A model generated the notes under the pieces. It worked only from the letters and a program-made list of their open reading frames with translations. It searched no databases and was not told the origin of the DNA. DNA of 62,424 bases from the NCBI GenBank assembly GCA_032718475.1, contig JAUCBJ010005519.1, positions 1-62,424 of the forward strand. The letters run 5' to 3'. Below are positions 49,709-60,635 of this stretch, one piece after another. The position numbers were made by a program, and so were the translations under genes. Numbering within the stretch: the first letter of the stretch is position 1; each line of letters opens with the position of its first letter. The DNA comes from Nemertoderma westbladi (Eukaryota; Animalia; Xenacoelomorpha).

Positions 49709-51622
49709 ATGATGGTTATCCTACATTCGCCAAAAGATAAGTCCCCTCAACAGGGGCAACGTTCTCTAAGACGTAAACAGGTACCTCCATACAATAAGTC
49801 TTACCCCACCCGTAGCAAAGGTCCAGCACCATCTCAGGTGGTTGATGGACACTTGATAAAGCAACGCAGAAGCAATATCCCCATATGGACCGGGGGTGGG
49901 GCCGGGGGGGCTCCTTTGGGTCGAGGGAAGGAGATTACTCCCCGGACATCGAACGCCGAGGTTTCTCCCCGGACATTGGACGCCGAGACTTCTCCCCGGA
50001 CTCTGAATGCCGAGTTTTCTCCGCAGACATCGGACGCCGAGGTTTCTCCCTGGACATCGGACGTCGGGGTTTCTCCACAGTCATTGGACGCTGAGGTTTC
50101 TCCCCGGACATCGGACACCGAGGTTTCTTCCCGGACGTCGGACGCCGAGGTTTCTTCCCGGACATCGGACACCGAGGTTTCTCCCCGGACGTTGGACGCC
50201 GAGGTTTCTTCCCAGACATCGGACACCGAGGCTTCTCCCCGGACAGCGGATGCCATGAATTCCCCCCGGACATCAGACGCCGAGGTTTCTTCCCGGACAG
50301 CGGACGCCGAGGTTTCTTCCCGGATGTCGGACGCCGAGGTTTCCTCCCGGATGTTGGACATCTCGGCTCCTCCCTGGACATTGGACGCCGACGTTCCTCC
50401 CCGGATGTCGGACGCCGAGGTCTCTTCCCAGACAGCGGCTGCCGGGAGTTCTCTCCGGAGATCGGACTCCGAGGATTCTTCCCGGACATTGGACGCCGAG
50501 GTTTCTTACCGGATGTTGGATGCCGAGGTTCTTCCCCAGACGTCGGATGCCGAGGTTTCCTCTCGGATGTCGGACACATCGGTTCCTCCTTGGACATTGT
50601 ACGCTGATGTTCCTCCCCGGATATTGGACGCCGAGATTTCTTCCCGAACAGCTGATGCCGTGAATTCTCTCCGAACATTGGACACCGAGGTTTCTTCCCG
50701 GACGTTGGATGCCGAGGTTTCTTCCCGGATGTCGGACGCCGAAGTTCCTCTTCGGACGTCGGACGCCGCGGTTTCCTCCCGGCTGTGGGACACCAAGGAT
50801 CCTCCCCGGACATCGGTTGCCGAGGATTCTCCCCAGACAGAGGACGCCAAGGTTTCTTCTCAAACGTCGGACACCGAGGTTTCTCCCCATACATCGGACG
50901 CCGCGGTTTCTCCCCTGTTGTCAGACGCCGAGGTCCCTCCCTGGACATCGGTCGCCGAGGTTCCTCCCCGGATATCAGACGCCGAGGTTCCTCCCCAGAC
51001 ATCAGACGCCGAGGTTTCTCCCCGGGCAACGGACGCCGAGGTTTCTCCCTGGATGTCTGACGCCGAGGTTCCTCCCCGGACATTGGACGCCGAGGTTCCT
51101 CCCTGGACACCAGATGCCGAGGTTCCTCCCCAGACATCGGACACCGAGGTTTCTCCCAGGACAACGGACGCCGAGATTTCTCCCTGGACAACGGATGCCG
51201 AGGTTTCTCCCCAAACAACGGATGCCGAGGTTTCTCCCCAGACAACGGACACCGAGGTTCCTCCCTGGACATCGGACGCCGAGGTTCCTCCCCTGACAAC
51301 GGACACTGAGGTTTCTTCCCGGATGTCGTACGCCGAGATTCCTCCCCAGACAATGGACACTGAGGTTCCTCCCAGGACATCGGACGCCGAGGTTCCTCCC
51401 CAGACAATGGACGCCGAGGTTCCTCCCAGGACATCGGACGCCGAGATTTCTCCCCGGACAACGGACGTCGAGGTTTCTTCCTGGATGTCTGACGCTGAGG
51501 TTTCTCCCCGGACAACGGACACCAAGGTTCCTCCCCGGATATCGGATGCCGAGGTTCCTTCCCGGACAACTGACACTGAGGTCTCTCCCCGGACAATGGA
51601 CGCATCTCTACAAATAGCCTAA
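49709..51622 (+). CDS. Acidic Ser/Thr/Pro-rich ORF built from about 60 diverged 27-bp (9-aa, SPRTSDAEV) repeats
   Basis: The frame stays open across diverged repeats. Basic unique N-terminus. Confidence 0.6.
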   Translation: MMVILHSPKDKSPQQGQRSLRRKQVPPYNKSYPTRSKGPAPSQVVDGHLIKQRRSNIPIWTGGGAGGAPLGRGKEITPRTSNAEVSPRTLDAETSPRTLNAEFSPQTSDAEVSPWTSDVGVSPQSLDAEVSPRTSDTEVSSRTSDAEVSSRTSDTEVSPRTLDAEVSSQTSDTEASPRTADAMNSPRTSDAEVSSRTADAEVSSRMSDAEVSSRMLDISAPPWTLDADVPPRMSDAEVSSQTAAAGSSLRRSDSEDSSRTLDAEVSYRMLDAEVLPQTSDAEVSSRMSDTSVPPWTLYADVPPRILDAEISSRTADAVNSLRTLDTEVSSRTLDAEVSSRMSDAEVPLRTSDAAVSSRLWDTKDPPRTSVAEDSPQTEDAKVSSQTSDTEVSPHTSDAAVSPLLSDAEVPPWTSVAEVPPRISDAEVPPQTSDAEVSPRATDAEVSPWMSDAEVPPRTLDAEVPPWTPDAEVPPQTSDTEVSPRTTDAEISPWTTDAEVSPQTTDAEVSPQTTDTEVPPWTSDAEVPPLTTDTEVSSRMSYAEIPPQTMDTEVPPRTSDAEVPPQTMDAEVPPRTSDAEISPRTTDVEVSSWMSDAEVSPRTTDTKVPPRISDAEVPSRTTDTEVSPRTMDASLQIA

Positions 51623-51831
51623 CTGATAGCAGCACTGCAGATCCAGTTAACGGACAGCCCACCACCACCCATGACCAACACCAACATATCACTGAGACCC
51701 ACACCACACCCCAACATATCACTGAGACCTACACCACACCCCAACATATCACTGAGACCCACACCACACCCACACCCCCATCCTCAATCAATAGTCCCAC
51801 ACCCACATCTAAAGGTGCCACACTTCCACAA

Positions 51832-54800
51832 TTGCAAGCACATGGGCGTCGGCCTGGTAGCAGTAAAATAACGGACTTCTTCCATTCTGCGCCCATGGTG
51901 GAACCTGTTTCCTTTACGGACAGAATGATACATGCACTAAATCCAAATGTGAAAGATTTCACCCCCCATACAGTACATAAGGTGTCCCATAACATGGTAC
52001 CAGTAATCAAAGACATGCAAGAAGACGGCTCCTGGGTTGACCGGAGACCGCCAGGAAGAAGCAAGGTCAACAGTCATCAAGGCAATGGTCTTACGCACAT
52101 AGTACCCAATTCCAACCCAACTAACAACCCGTCTGTATACAGAGATGACGTAACATTTATTAAAGAGGTTGGACCACCTGAAGAACAAGTCCAGGTTTAT
52201 CCCGATGTGGAGGCTGGCTTTAATGAAGAATCTGTAGTACTAGCTGCAACGACTGAGCCTTCAAAGAGAGGACTTACACTACTAAAAAATGGAGATCCAG
52301 ACTGGAATTACTTCCTTGACAAGGAATACTTGTCTACTACCATTGTCGACTCATTCCTATCTATCCTTGAGAGGCAAGTACCCGACATATGCTGCATCAA
52401 CAGTGGCCTCTGCACCAAGCTGCATCTCGAAACATTCGATATTGCAAGTGCAATCAGTTACATTACCAATAGTTGTAACATTTTGACTAAACGACTAATT
52501 ATGTTCCCCGATTGCTTTGAATCCCACTTCATCCTGCACGTCGCTAATCCACAGGATAGAAGCATTTACACACTATGTAGTCTGAAATCGTCCAAGGTAA
52601 CACGAGAAACACAAACAATCTGCAGACTTCTGAACCTGATAAGCAGAGTCAGGGGTGACACAGACAATTGGACTGTCAATCATGAGTACAAGCGGACATA
52701 TCCCAAACAAGATAATACGTTCGACTGTGGTGCATTTGTGTGCCTTTATGCTCTGGCACTATCCACAGACAACGACAAAGTACGACCTGAACATGACTCT
52801 AGTAGACAACTAAGGTCATGGCTGAAGGAATGTATATCTAGCATCAAAATAGACATCTCCACAGATGAAGTTGACTCCGGTAGTAATTCAGAAACCAATA
52901 ACAACCCAAGTAGCAGCATCAGATTTGAAAAATCCACTGGAGAAAGGATTTCCAATGCCAGCTCTATAACCGATAACAACTCGAGCATTCCCACGAATTC
53001 TAAGGCCAATCAGGAAACTAATAATGAGAAATCCGTCCCAATATCTTTCCCGAATTATGAAGAGGATGACCTCACCTCCCTCATCAACATAAATAAGAAA
53101 AAAGTGATCAAAACCCTGTCGGCCATGAACAGCGATAAAAGATCCAGAATACGCATTAGACTGTTGAAGGAAGTCAGGGTCCTCATGCAGCCTGTACAAG
53201 CAGTGTCCCTGGAACTAACACCGCGAGTATCACCACGGGAGGTAGCCATCGATATATACGAACTAATGCAATGTGCGAAGGACCGCATTTTCACAGAGGC
53301 ATGTAAAAAACGCCTACGAAAAGTGACCATCCAACCTGACTCATCCAAGCTGATGGATAATTCAAACGCGCAACTCAAGCAGGACATGTTATGTGCCGTG
53401 TCAACTATACAAGGGCGACTGTGCATACTTGAAAATCAATATGAACAGGTAAAGATTGAAAATACCAATATGAAAGAGGAGCTAAATCATGTGAGGCACA
53501 AACTCATCGTGGTCGAGGCCACGGTAGTCAGACCCAAGCCAAAACATACAACACAAGATCCATGGCATAACATTAATCAACAGACCCAGAACACGAGTCA
53601 TATCATACAGAATGGTACAAATAGAATTGTTCCTGGCCATGCCTATCATGAACGTGTTACGATCGACTCAGTCGACCGCCCAAGTCCAATGCGCAAAAGT
53701 GATACATCACAAGTACCGACCAGAAACTCAATGGAATGGACAAAGCCGGCATCTAGACATACGGCAAAGGAAAGCTCCTCCACAGTAACACAAACTCGTG
53801 TAACAAATTATAATAATCTATACAACACACTCATTGACATTCCTGAGGAAGAATACGATACAAGAAGTGATGATACCCACAATCGAACCGATAACAAAGG
53901 TATTAATAACGATGGTACTCAAAATGGGGCATACCCGGCGAATGGGAAGCAAAACAATTACAATAATGGCACTAGATCCAGGGGACATATTAGAGACAAA
54001 CACAGCGGATCAGGTGTGAGGAACAGCTTCAACCACTATAACCAGGACTATACCAACTCATCCCAGAAATATAAAGAAGACTCCCACAACACTCGATACG
54101 GCCGGAGGAACTATAAACATCACAATAGCCACAAGGACCATTACATGCCATCGAATAGATATGAGCCATATAACAAAGGCTCTCACAGCCAATCAGAACC
54201 GGGGATACACCATGACCGCCACAGTCAGCCACGCAGTGATTCATCCAGGAGTCACACTATGGACACACAAGAAGACTCCTACAATACCCGATATGGCCGG
54301 AGGTACCATAAATATCACAATAGCCACAAGGCCTCCCACAGCCAATCAGACCCGGAGATACACCATGACCGCCATAGTCAGCCACGCAGTGATTCATCTA
54401 GGAGACACACTATGGACTCCCATGGATGGTCAGATACAAGGAACCGCACCTATCCCCACAATGAGCACCATAGTGGCCCACCCAATGGATACTATAAGGA
54501 CTCATGCAGCCAATGGAACCACGATGATTGTTACAACCCCTCTTCTAAATACAGTCAGGAAAATAGCGTCCCATCCACAATGGGGCGACACACAGAGGAC
54601 CAACACAGCCGAATTGATATGAGGAACCACAATGATCACTACAAACCTACTGCCAACTTTAGCCACGACTACAGCGGGACACCCATGGGGTACACCCGTC
54701 AGGCACACAGTGCCTGTGGCCCATCTAAAAGTTGTTATAAGATCAATCACCACCCAGTTGCGACGAGAAATGTCAATGAGCGTATCCGGCAGGACTACAG

Positions 54801-55113
54801 CGGTTCTTCTACAAGAGAAAACATGGGACTAAACAACCGATCACGGACAATGAGCCACAACTACGAGTCATTCACAAGACATAACAATACATCCCACAAC
54901 CGATTGGGCGTGACGAATCATCATGATCACTTTAATCAGGAACATAGTTGCAGTAGTCCATGCGGGCCACATAGCCAGTCTGGTAGACGCAACAATGGTA
55001 TCAACAGGCAATCAAATCAAAGTAATAATTTTATCAACACCAATCGATGCCACAAAGACAGCAGCCCAGCAGAAGGGAATCCGCAACAGTGTGATGATAG
55101 GCGGAACTTTTAG
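51832..55113 (+). CDS. LINE ORF1-position protein with a Ulp1/SENP (C48)-like protease domain, coiled coil and His/Ser/Asn-rich tail
   Basis: YLSTTIVDSFL...MFP..ESHFIL...IYTLCSL...PKQDNTFDCGAFVC at about 52320-52760. Heptad-like segment RLCILENQYEQVKIENTNMKEELNHVRHKL. Confidence 0.8.
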   Translation: MQAHGRRPGSSKITDFFHSAPMVEPVSFTDRMIHALNPNVKDFTPHTVHKVSHNMVPVIKDMQEDGSWVDRRPPGRSKVNSHQGNGLTHIVPNSNPTNNPSVYRDDVTFIKEVGPPEEQVQVYPDVEAGFNEESVVLAATTEPSKRGLTLLKNGDPDWNYFLDKEYLSTTIVDSFLSILERQVPDICCINSGLCTKLHLETFDIASAISYITNSCNILTKRLIMFPDCFESHFILHVANPQDRSIYTLCSLKSSKVTRETQTICRLLNLISRVRGDTDNWTVNHEYKRTYPKQDNTFDCGAFVCLYALALSTDNDKVRPEHDSSRQLRSWLKECISSIKIDISTDEVDSGSNSETNNNPSSSIRFEKSTGERISNASSITDNNSSIPTNSKANQETNNEKSVPISFPNYEEDDLTSLININKKKVIKTLSAMNSDKRSRIRIRLLKEVRVLMQPVQAVSLELTPRVSPREVAIDIYELMQCAKDRIFTEACKKRLRKVTIQPDSSKLMDNSNAQLKQDMLCAVSTIQGRLCILENQYEQVKIENTNMKEELNHVRHKLIVVEATVVRPKPKHTTQDPWHNINQQTQNTSHIIQNGTNRIVPGHAYHERVTIDSVDRPSPMRKSDTSQVPTRNSMEWTKPASRHTAKESSSTVTQTRVTNYNNLYNTLIDIPEEEYDTRSDDTHNRTDNKGINNDGTQNGAYPANGKQNNYNNGTRSRGHIRDKHSGSGVRNSFNHYNQDYTNSSQKYKEDSHNTRYGRRNYKHHNSHKDHYMPSNRYEPYNKGSHSQSEPGIHHDRHSQPRSDSSRSHTMDTQEDSYNTRYGRRYHKYHNSHKASHSQSDPEIHHDRHSQPRSDSSRRHTMDSHGWSDTRNRTYPHNEHHSGPPNGYYKDSCSQWNHDDCYNPSSKYSQENSVPSTMGRHTEDQHSRIDMRNHNDHYKPTANFSHDYSGTPMGYTRQAHSACGPSKSCYKINHHPVATRNVNERIRQDYSGSSTRENMGLNNRSRTMSHNYESFTRHNNTSHNRLGVTNHHDHFNQEHSCSSPCGPHSQSGRRNNGINRQSNQSNNFINTNRCHKDSSPAEGNPQQCDDRRNF

Positions 55114-57325
55114 CGAAACCCACAGTGATGTACCCCCGGCCCAGCACATACCTCTGAAAGTGACAACTTACAACTGCCGCGGGTTTCACTCAGCGAGTGA
55201 TTATATTCTGTACCTAATGCAAACAGCAGATGTCGTAGCCGTTCAGGAACACTGGCTGGACTCAATAGAAGCCAAAGAACTCCTGATGGACCTGCACCAT
55301 AAGTTCAAGTGTGTTTATACTGTCTGTCACCTCATGGATAATCCACATCGAAAGAGTGGCGCCGGAGGGGTCTCACTTTGGTACAACATTGATAGATTCA
55401 CATCTGTTTCCAGTATCAAATCCTCTGATGACATTGTTGGAGTGATAGCCACTATCCCCGGTCATGTTAACTCATTTCTTATTTTATCATGCTATGCACC
55501 AGATGCCTCAAAATCTACCACTCTTTATGAAGATTACCTAGGGAGATTGGACTCTATAATTAAACAACACCACGACTCCATCCCAATCATACTGTCTGAT
55601 GCCAACTCGGATGTTGGTCCCTTACAGGGGCCCAGGTTCTTGAGGACAACAGCAACGATAAGGGGAGAAATGCTCAACAGCTTCTTATCGTCTAACTACT
55701 ATATATGCGCCGACACAACCTCAAAGTTCACAGGCCCATGTATTACCTTCAGGGGTCGTGGCCACTCGTATATTGACCACATTATTACCAGTGAAACTGG
55801 AATGAGTTTCCTATCGAATGGCACAGTATACGAGGAGGACCCTGTCCGTAACGACTCGGACCACGTTCCTGTAACAGCCACTTTTAGATTACCTACAAAT
55901 AAACAAAGTCGAAAGTTTTGTGACACCAACCTGATTTCCACCTTACGGTTTGCCTGGGATAAAGTAACCAGTGAGCAAACTGAGAATTACAACCAACTGG
56001 TGGATAGTGGCATTAATATTATCCGTTCCGGCTTTCCCCATCACACGAAATGGTCCAGGGACGAGCTGGAGATGTTTACCACAGGAGTCAAAGATACTAT
56101 ATTCCAATCAGCGAAGGCAATCTTCCCCATCATAAAGGTACATCGAAGATCTAAGAATCTTAGAATAAGGTCGAATCAAATCAAGGAACGCTCTAAAACA
56201 ACGCATCAACTCTACAACCTGTGGTGCGGCGAAGGGAAGGATGAAAGTAGTACCTATGGGCAGGCATTTAAGGAATCGAAACGCGCCGGGAGACGACTGA
56301 AAAATTGGTTATCAAAAAACCTAGTATCCAACGCGGTGAACAGCAGATCTAAGCTGCTAAGGAGAGATCCCAAAAAATTTTGGAATAGTTTCAAACCGAA
56401 ATCCTCTCAAGAACCTCCTGCCAGCGTCCAACAGAATATCAGAAGCAACATGTCTAAGACCCATAAAGAAGATACAGATTACATTAAGTCCTTATCACAA
56501 TTGATAGACGAGGTACAAGAGGCGAGCAACACTGCCGATCTCCCAACGGTCTCACCTCTGACAATAAAGAGAGCAGTATCTATCCTCTCCAAAGGAAAGG
56601 CACCGGATATAAATTCACTCGTTGTTGAACATATCATCAGCATTAACCCGGAGTTAATATGTGAAGTCCTAGCAGATATAATCAATGCATCATTTAGACT
56701 CGGTGAAGTACCTCAGCTATTTGGCGAAACAATCGTCACCCATCTGCACAAGGGCAAGGGCCGTGACCCTCTTCACCCCAAATCGTATAGACGCATTGCC
56801 ACAGTCAACCTATTTGCAAAGGTGTTCGAGTCCGTGCTTCTCAGTGAGTTTCTCCCGATCCATGACATCATTCCACCATCACAGCTGGCATACCAAAAGA
56901 GGACTGGTTCTGATCTGATTATTGGAGCCCTGCTCGAATGTCTGGAGACACAACGCCGAAAGGGAGTCTCTGTCTACATCTGCCAGTTGGACGTTGAGGC
57001 AGCCTTTGATAATGTGGAGTACCTGACCCTCTTCAGCAAACTGCGACATCACATCAACCCTTTCATATGCCTCTCACTACTGGCATACTACAGATGCACC
57101 ATAGCATTCCTTAAATTCGGTTCAACAGTCTCCACTGACGGGATACCGCTCAAACGTGGCGTGAAGCAGGGTTCGCTGCTCTCCCCGTTACTCTTTAATT
57201 TTTACACAGGTGGAACTCTAGGGGCACTGAACAGTGCCGGTTTCGGACACAGCCTTGCAGATGGATGGCTGGGTGTAAAAGCCTTTGCTGAATTGCCCCG
57301 TTATTTTTATTATCTTTTACATTAA
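54923..57325 (+). CDS. LINE ORF2: AP endonuclease plus reverse transcriptase, truncated at AFA(DD)
   Basis: TYNCRG, VQEHWL, SDANSD, SYIDHI, SDHVP, SYRRIA, LDVEAAFDNV and GVKQGSLLSPLLFN, then AFAE followed by unrelated sequence. Confidence 0.93.
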   Translation: MITLIRNIVAVVHAGHIASLVDATMVSTGNQIKVIILSTPIDATKTAAQQKGIRNSVMIGGTFSETHSDVPPAQHIPLKVTTYNCRGFHSASDYILYLMQTADVVAVQEHWLDSIEAKELLMDLHHKFKCVYTVCHLMDNPHRKSGAGGVSLWYNIDRFTSVSSIKSSDDIVGVIATIPGHVNSFLILSCYAPDASKSTTLYEDYLGRLDSIIKQHHDSIPIILSDANSDVGPLQGPRFLRTTATIRGEMLNSFLSSNYYICADTTSKFTGPCITFRGRGHSYIDHIITSETGMSFLSNGTVYEEDPVRNDSDHVPVTATFRLPTNKQSRKFCDTNLISTLRFAWDKVTSEQTENYNQLVDSGINIIRSGFPHHTKWSRDELEMFTTGVKDTIFQSAKAIFPIIKVHRRSKNLRIRSNQIKERSKTTHQLYNLWCGEGKDESSTYGQAFKESKRAGRRLKNWLSKNLVSNAVNSRSKLLRRDPKKFWNSFKPKSSQEPPASVQQNIRSNMSKTHKEDTDYIKSLSQLIDEVQEASNTADLPTVSPLTIKRAVSILSKGKAPDINSLVVEHIISINPELICEVLADIINASFRLGEVPQLFGETIVTHLHKGKGRDPLHPKSYRRIATVNLFAKVFESVLLSEFLPIHDIIPPSQLAYQKRTGSDLIIGALLECLETQRRKGVSVYICQLDVEAAFDNVEYLTLFSKLRHHINPFICLSLLAYYRCTIAFLKFGSTVSTDGIPLKRGVKQGSLLSPLLFNFYTGGTLGALNSAGFGHSLADGWLGVKAFAELPRYFYYLLH

Positions 57326-58808
57326 AATACTCTGTAGTTGATTTAATAAGTGTAAGAGACCGTATTATTGCTGTATCGGTGTTTTTAGAGGATCTAAGAC
57401 CTATTTCCTCCGTATGTGTACTGTGAAAGGCATATTTTATGATTCTATGGCAATTCGTGACGCAAAAGGGTGATAGCTACTCTTGAACAGTAGTTACTAT
57501 GACTACGGTTAACAGCTGACATTCATACGTGTTGATTTCCTTTGTTCTACGGCGTCTCTCAGTTCAGTCAGCCAATTAGAGCGTTTTTGTGGCTCCTTGT
57601 ACAGAAAATTTCCGAGAAATGACGCAATGCCTATGTGCAGTGTTGACATTCAGTCCTGAGCCAAAGAAAGAACGGCTTGGAAGTATTTTGTGCTTTACTG
57701 TTTTTAGTCTTACACTAGTAGGTTTAATTACAAGGACATATATCCTTTAACTGCTGACTGATCATACATGCTGACTGCTGAAACATTGCAAACTCATAAC
57801 AATCAGTGTTTTCATTGTTGTTTTACACTGCTATTTACCGTCAGTTCTTCATAATATGGTTGATGAATAATTATATTTGGAATAACGATAAATAACCCCG
57901 AAACCCAATATTCTTGATATACCGAAGGTAAGAGAGAAGGGTTACAGATAAACGATTGTGACTTATGTTAAAGTGGTTTGAAGTGAATCTAATGTTATTT
58001 GATAGACCCTACATGAGTCAGTCTGTGTTCCTTTTATATGTGACTAAAATCAGTGAAGATTGGCAGATTAGTGTGCAGTATTGTGCAGCCTTGTGTATGA
58101 GTGAGTCTGTTAAAGAAGCAATTCCTAAAGAATGCGCCATATATGTGAATTATAATTAAGCCATATCGTTGTGAGTAGTTTAAGTCATAACTCTGTTTAT
58201 ATAGATAAAGCGCCACGTCCTAAAGGAACTGTTAATATTACCGAAGGTGAATAACATTGTCAGAGATTATATAGTACTGTCAGTCGAATAATACATTAGG
58301 CTTACATAGCAATAAAATTAAACCGTTGAACCCAATCTCCCGGGAATATCCAGCGGGTGAATGATCGCGCACAGATTGGTTTCGACTAGTGTAGTGAATC
58401 AAATACTTGTCATAGACTAAAAACAGATTTAATATCTAGAAGACATCTTAATTTGGTGGGTTAAACTGCCAAAGGTCTGAAAGCGCGAACATTAAAGGAT
58501 ATCGCTTCTTTATTGCAGTAAGCAATAAAGTCGAAAGTACCGGTCGTCCGGTAACCAGTAGGCCTGACTGCCTGATCATCCGGACCGGTACCTACAGCAG
58601 TATTATTCGATTTTGATTGTTATATACCAGTAGGTCTTAATAATTAATCGGGGACGCCTGGTTTTTATTGAGATTTTACTTATTTCTGTCAAGTTTTATT
58701 TGTTTGTAGGCCAGTATTGAACAGAAGGCGTGTAAACCTGATCAGATTGTGCAGACGATTTGTAGGCTGAGCTGTTGTCTGATTGCTGTTAAGTCCGAAC
58801 GAATTGCA

Positions 58809-59325
58809 GTGTGTGTAGATCATCTGTCCGATTAAGTACGGTTAGGAAGTAGGGGCAGCCAATGCGGTAAGGTAAACCCCCAACTAAAGAATAAGTCGCA
58901 CTACTGGGTTAGAGCGCATACTCCCTAATCATTTCGGAGTCTGCATGTCCTGTGGTTTATTTAGGCTTGAGAGTAGTCTGCCATCGTTTAGTCTGTACTT
59001 TGTTTGTGTAAGTCTGTACGGGTAGCGTATAATTTTATTTAGATAATTTGTAGGCTGGATAGTTGTCTGGCTGTTATTAGGTCTGAACGGATTGCCGCGT
59101 GTGTAGATCATCTGTCCGATTAAGTACGATTAGGCAGTAGGGGCAGCGAACGCTGTAAGGTAAACCCCCAACTAAAGAATAAGTCGCACTACTGGGTTAG
59201 AGCGCATACTCCCTAATCATTTCGGAGTCTGCATATACCGTAGTTTGTTTAGGCTTGATAGTAGTCTGTCAGTGTTCGGTCTGTATTTTGTTTGAGTAGT
59301 TTGTACGCGTAGCGTAATATTTATT
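58809..59325. repeat. Tandem duplication with a 288-bp period
   Basis: GTGTAGATCATCTGTCCGATTAAGTACG at 58813 and 59101, with long identical blocks following. Confidence 0.9.
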
Positions 59326-60635
59326 ATTCAGAGTTTATGCGATTATCCGCAACATTCATTCCCCAAGTTTGCTCCTACAGTAATTGTGTTTGTTATACAT
59401 ACCGTTATAGTTAAATTAACCCCGGTACTACACGGGCTGCTCGGCGTAGGTAAAGACTGGTGATTTTGTGCATCGGTCACTCCAGCAGATGCCGTGGTTC
59501 CTTTAGCTGTTCAAGTATATTTAACTACTGATTATCTGTTATACAAGTACTCGTATCTAATTTAGGGTTTAGTGTACAGTACTTTCCAAAGTAATTATTG
59601 TAGACATTATATCTGTGTCGTAAAGTGGTTGATAGGCACATTCGATTAGCTCTATTAACTTCTAGGTAGGAACACTCCGTGATACATAACGTAGAACCTA
59701 TAGCGATACGGCTATAGGTCGTCAGGCGGTGGTATTTTCCTATCTGGACAACGCAGTGTATTTACTACTACTTATTATTTCAAATACCGTAGTACCCTGT
59801 CCGTTGTAATAACCGGTTTTCTAACCCTTTGTTAGGCTGGTTTGTAGACTTCTTGTAAAATTACCCTAAAAATTCGTATTTGTGTTTTTGTAAATTTTTG
59901 TGTTTATTTAGAGATTGTAATCTCAACCCGAATTGTACGTAATTTGTAGTATTAAGTAACTTAGGTAAATTAGTATTATTTGTTTTAGTGTCCTGTACGT
60001 AACACTTCACTGAAAGCGCACCGCTTTGTGTAGTGATTACTCCCCAGAAATAATAACATTTATTTCAAACATTGACAAAACCCATTAAAACGGGTATATA
60101 TATATTATAAATCAAATCTAACGATTTATAAATAGTAGGCCTACCATATAACCATTAGGTCTCAATATCAGTTGGACTACTGTTCAAATAACGGTAATAA
60201 AGTAAGTAAAGTAACAAAGTAACCCTAAAGTTCAGAAATTCAATTATTTAAAATAATTGATATACCGGTATTTACGATAGGCCTATTATCTTTATTTCTG
60301 TAAATTTAGGCTGAAATTATACCGGTACTTGTAATTAATTCTAGTCCAGAATTATATATACTACAAACAGTAAGCTGTATACCGGTATTCCGATAGGCCT
60401 ATTATATATTTATATATATTTGTGCTAAAATTATACCGGTATTCTGTGATAAACCTAGTCTGTAATAATAGTTATATATACTATAAGCATACCGGTATTC
60501 TAATATATTATATATATATCACGCTACACTGAGTAGCAGTACCGGTAATTAATTACTAGGCTAGCGGTTAATACTGAGTTATTAGACTTACTCAGACTGT
60601 AATACAGCAGTAGACATTCAACGGTATACATAGTC

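Larger units (their letters stand above)
49560..57290 (+). mobile_element. Large APE-RT LINE (RTEX-like) with extended ORF1 region; interrupted at the RT catalytic motif
   Basis: Three consecutive co-oriented long ORFs ending in endonuclease-RT. The 5' boundary is approximate. Confidence 0.8.
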
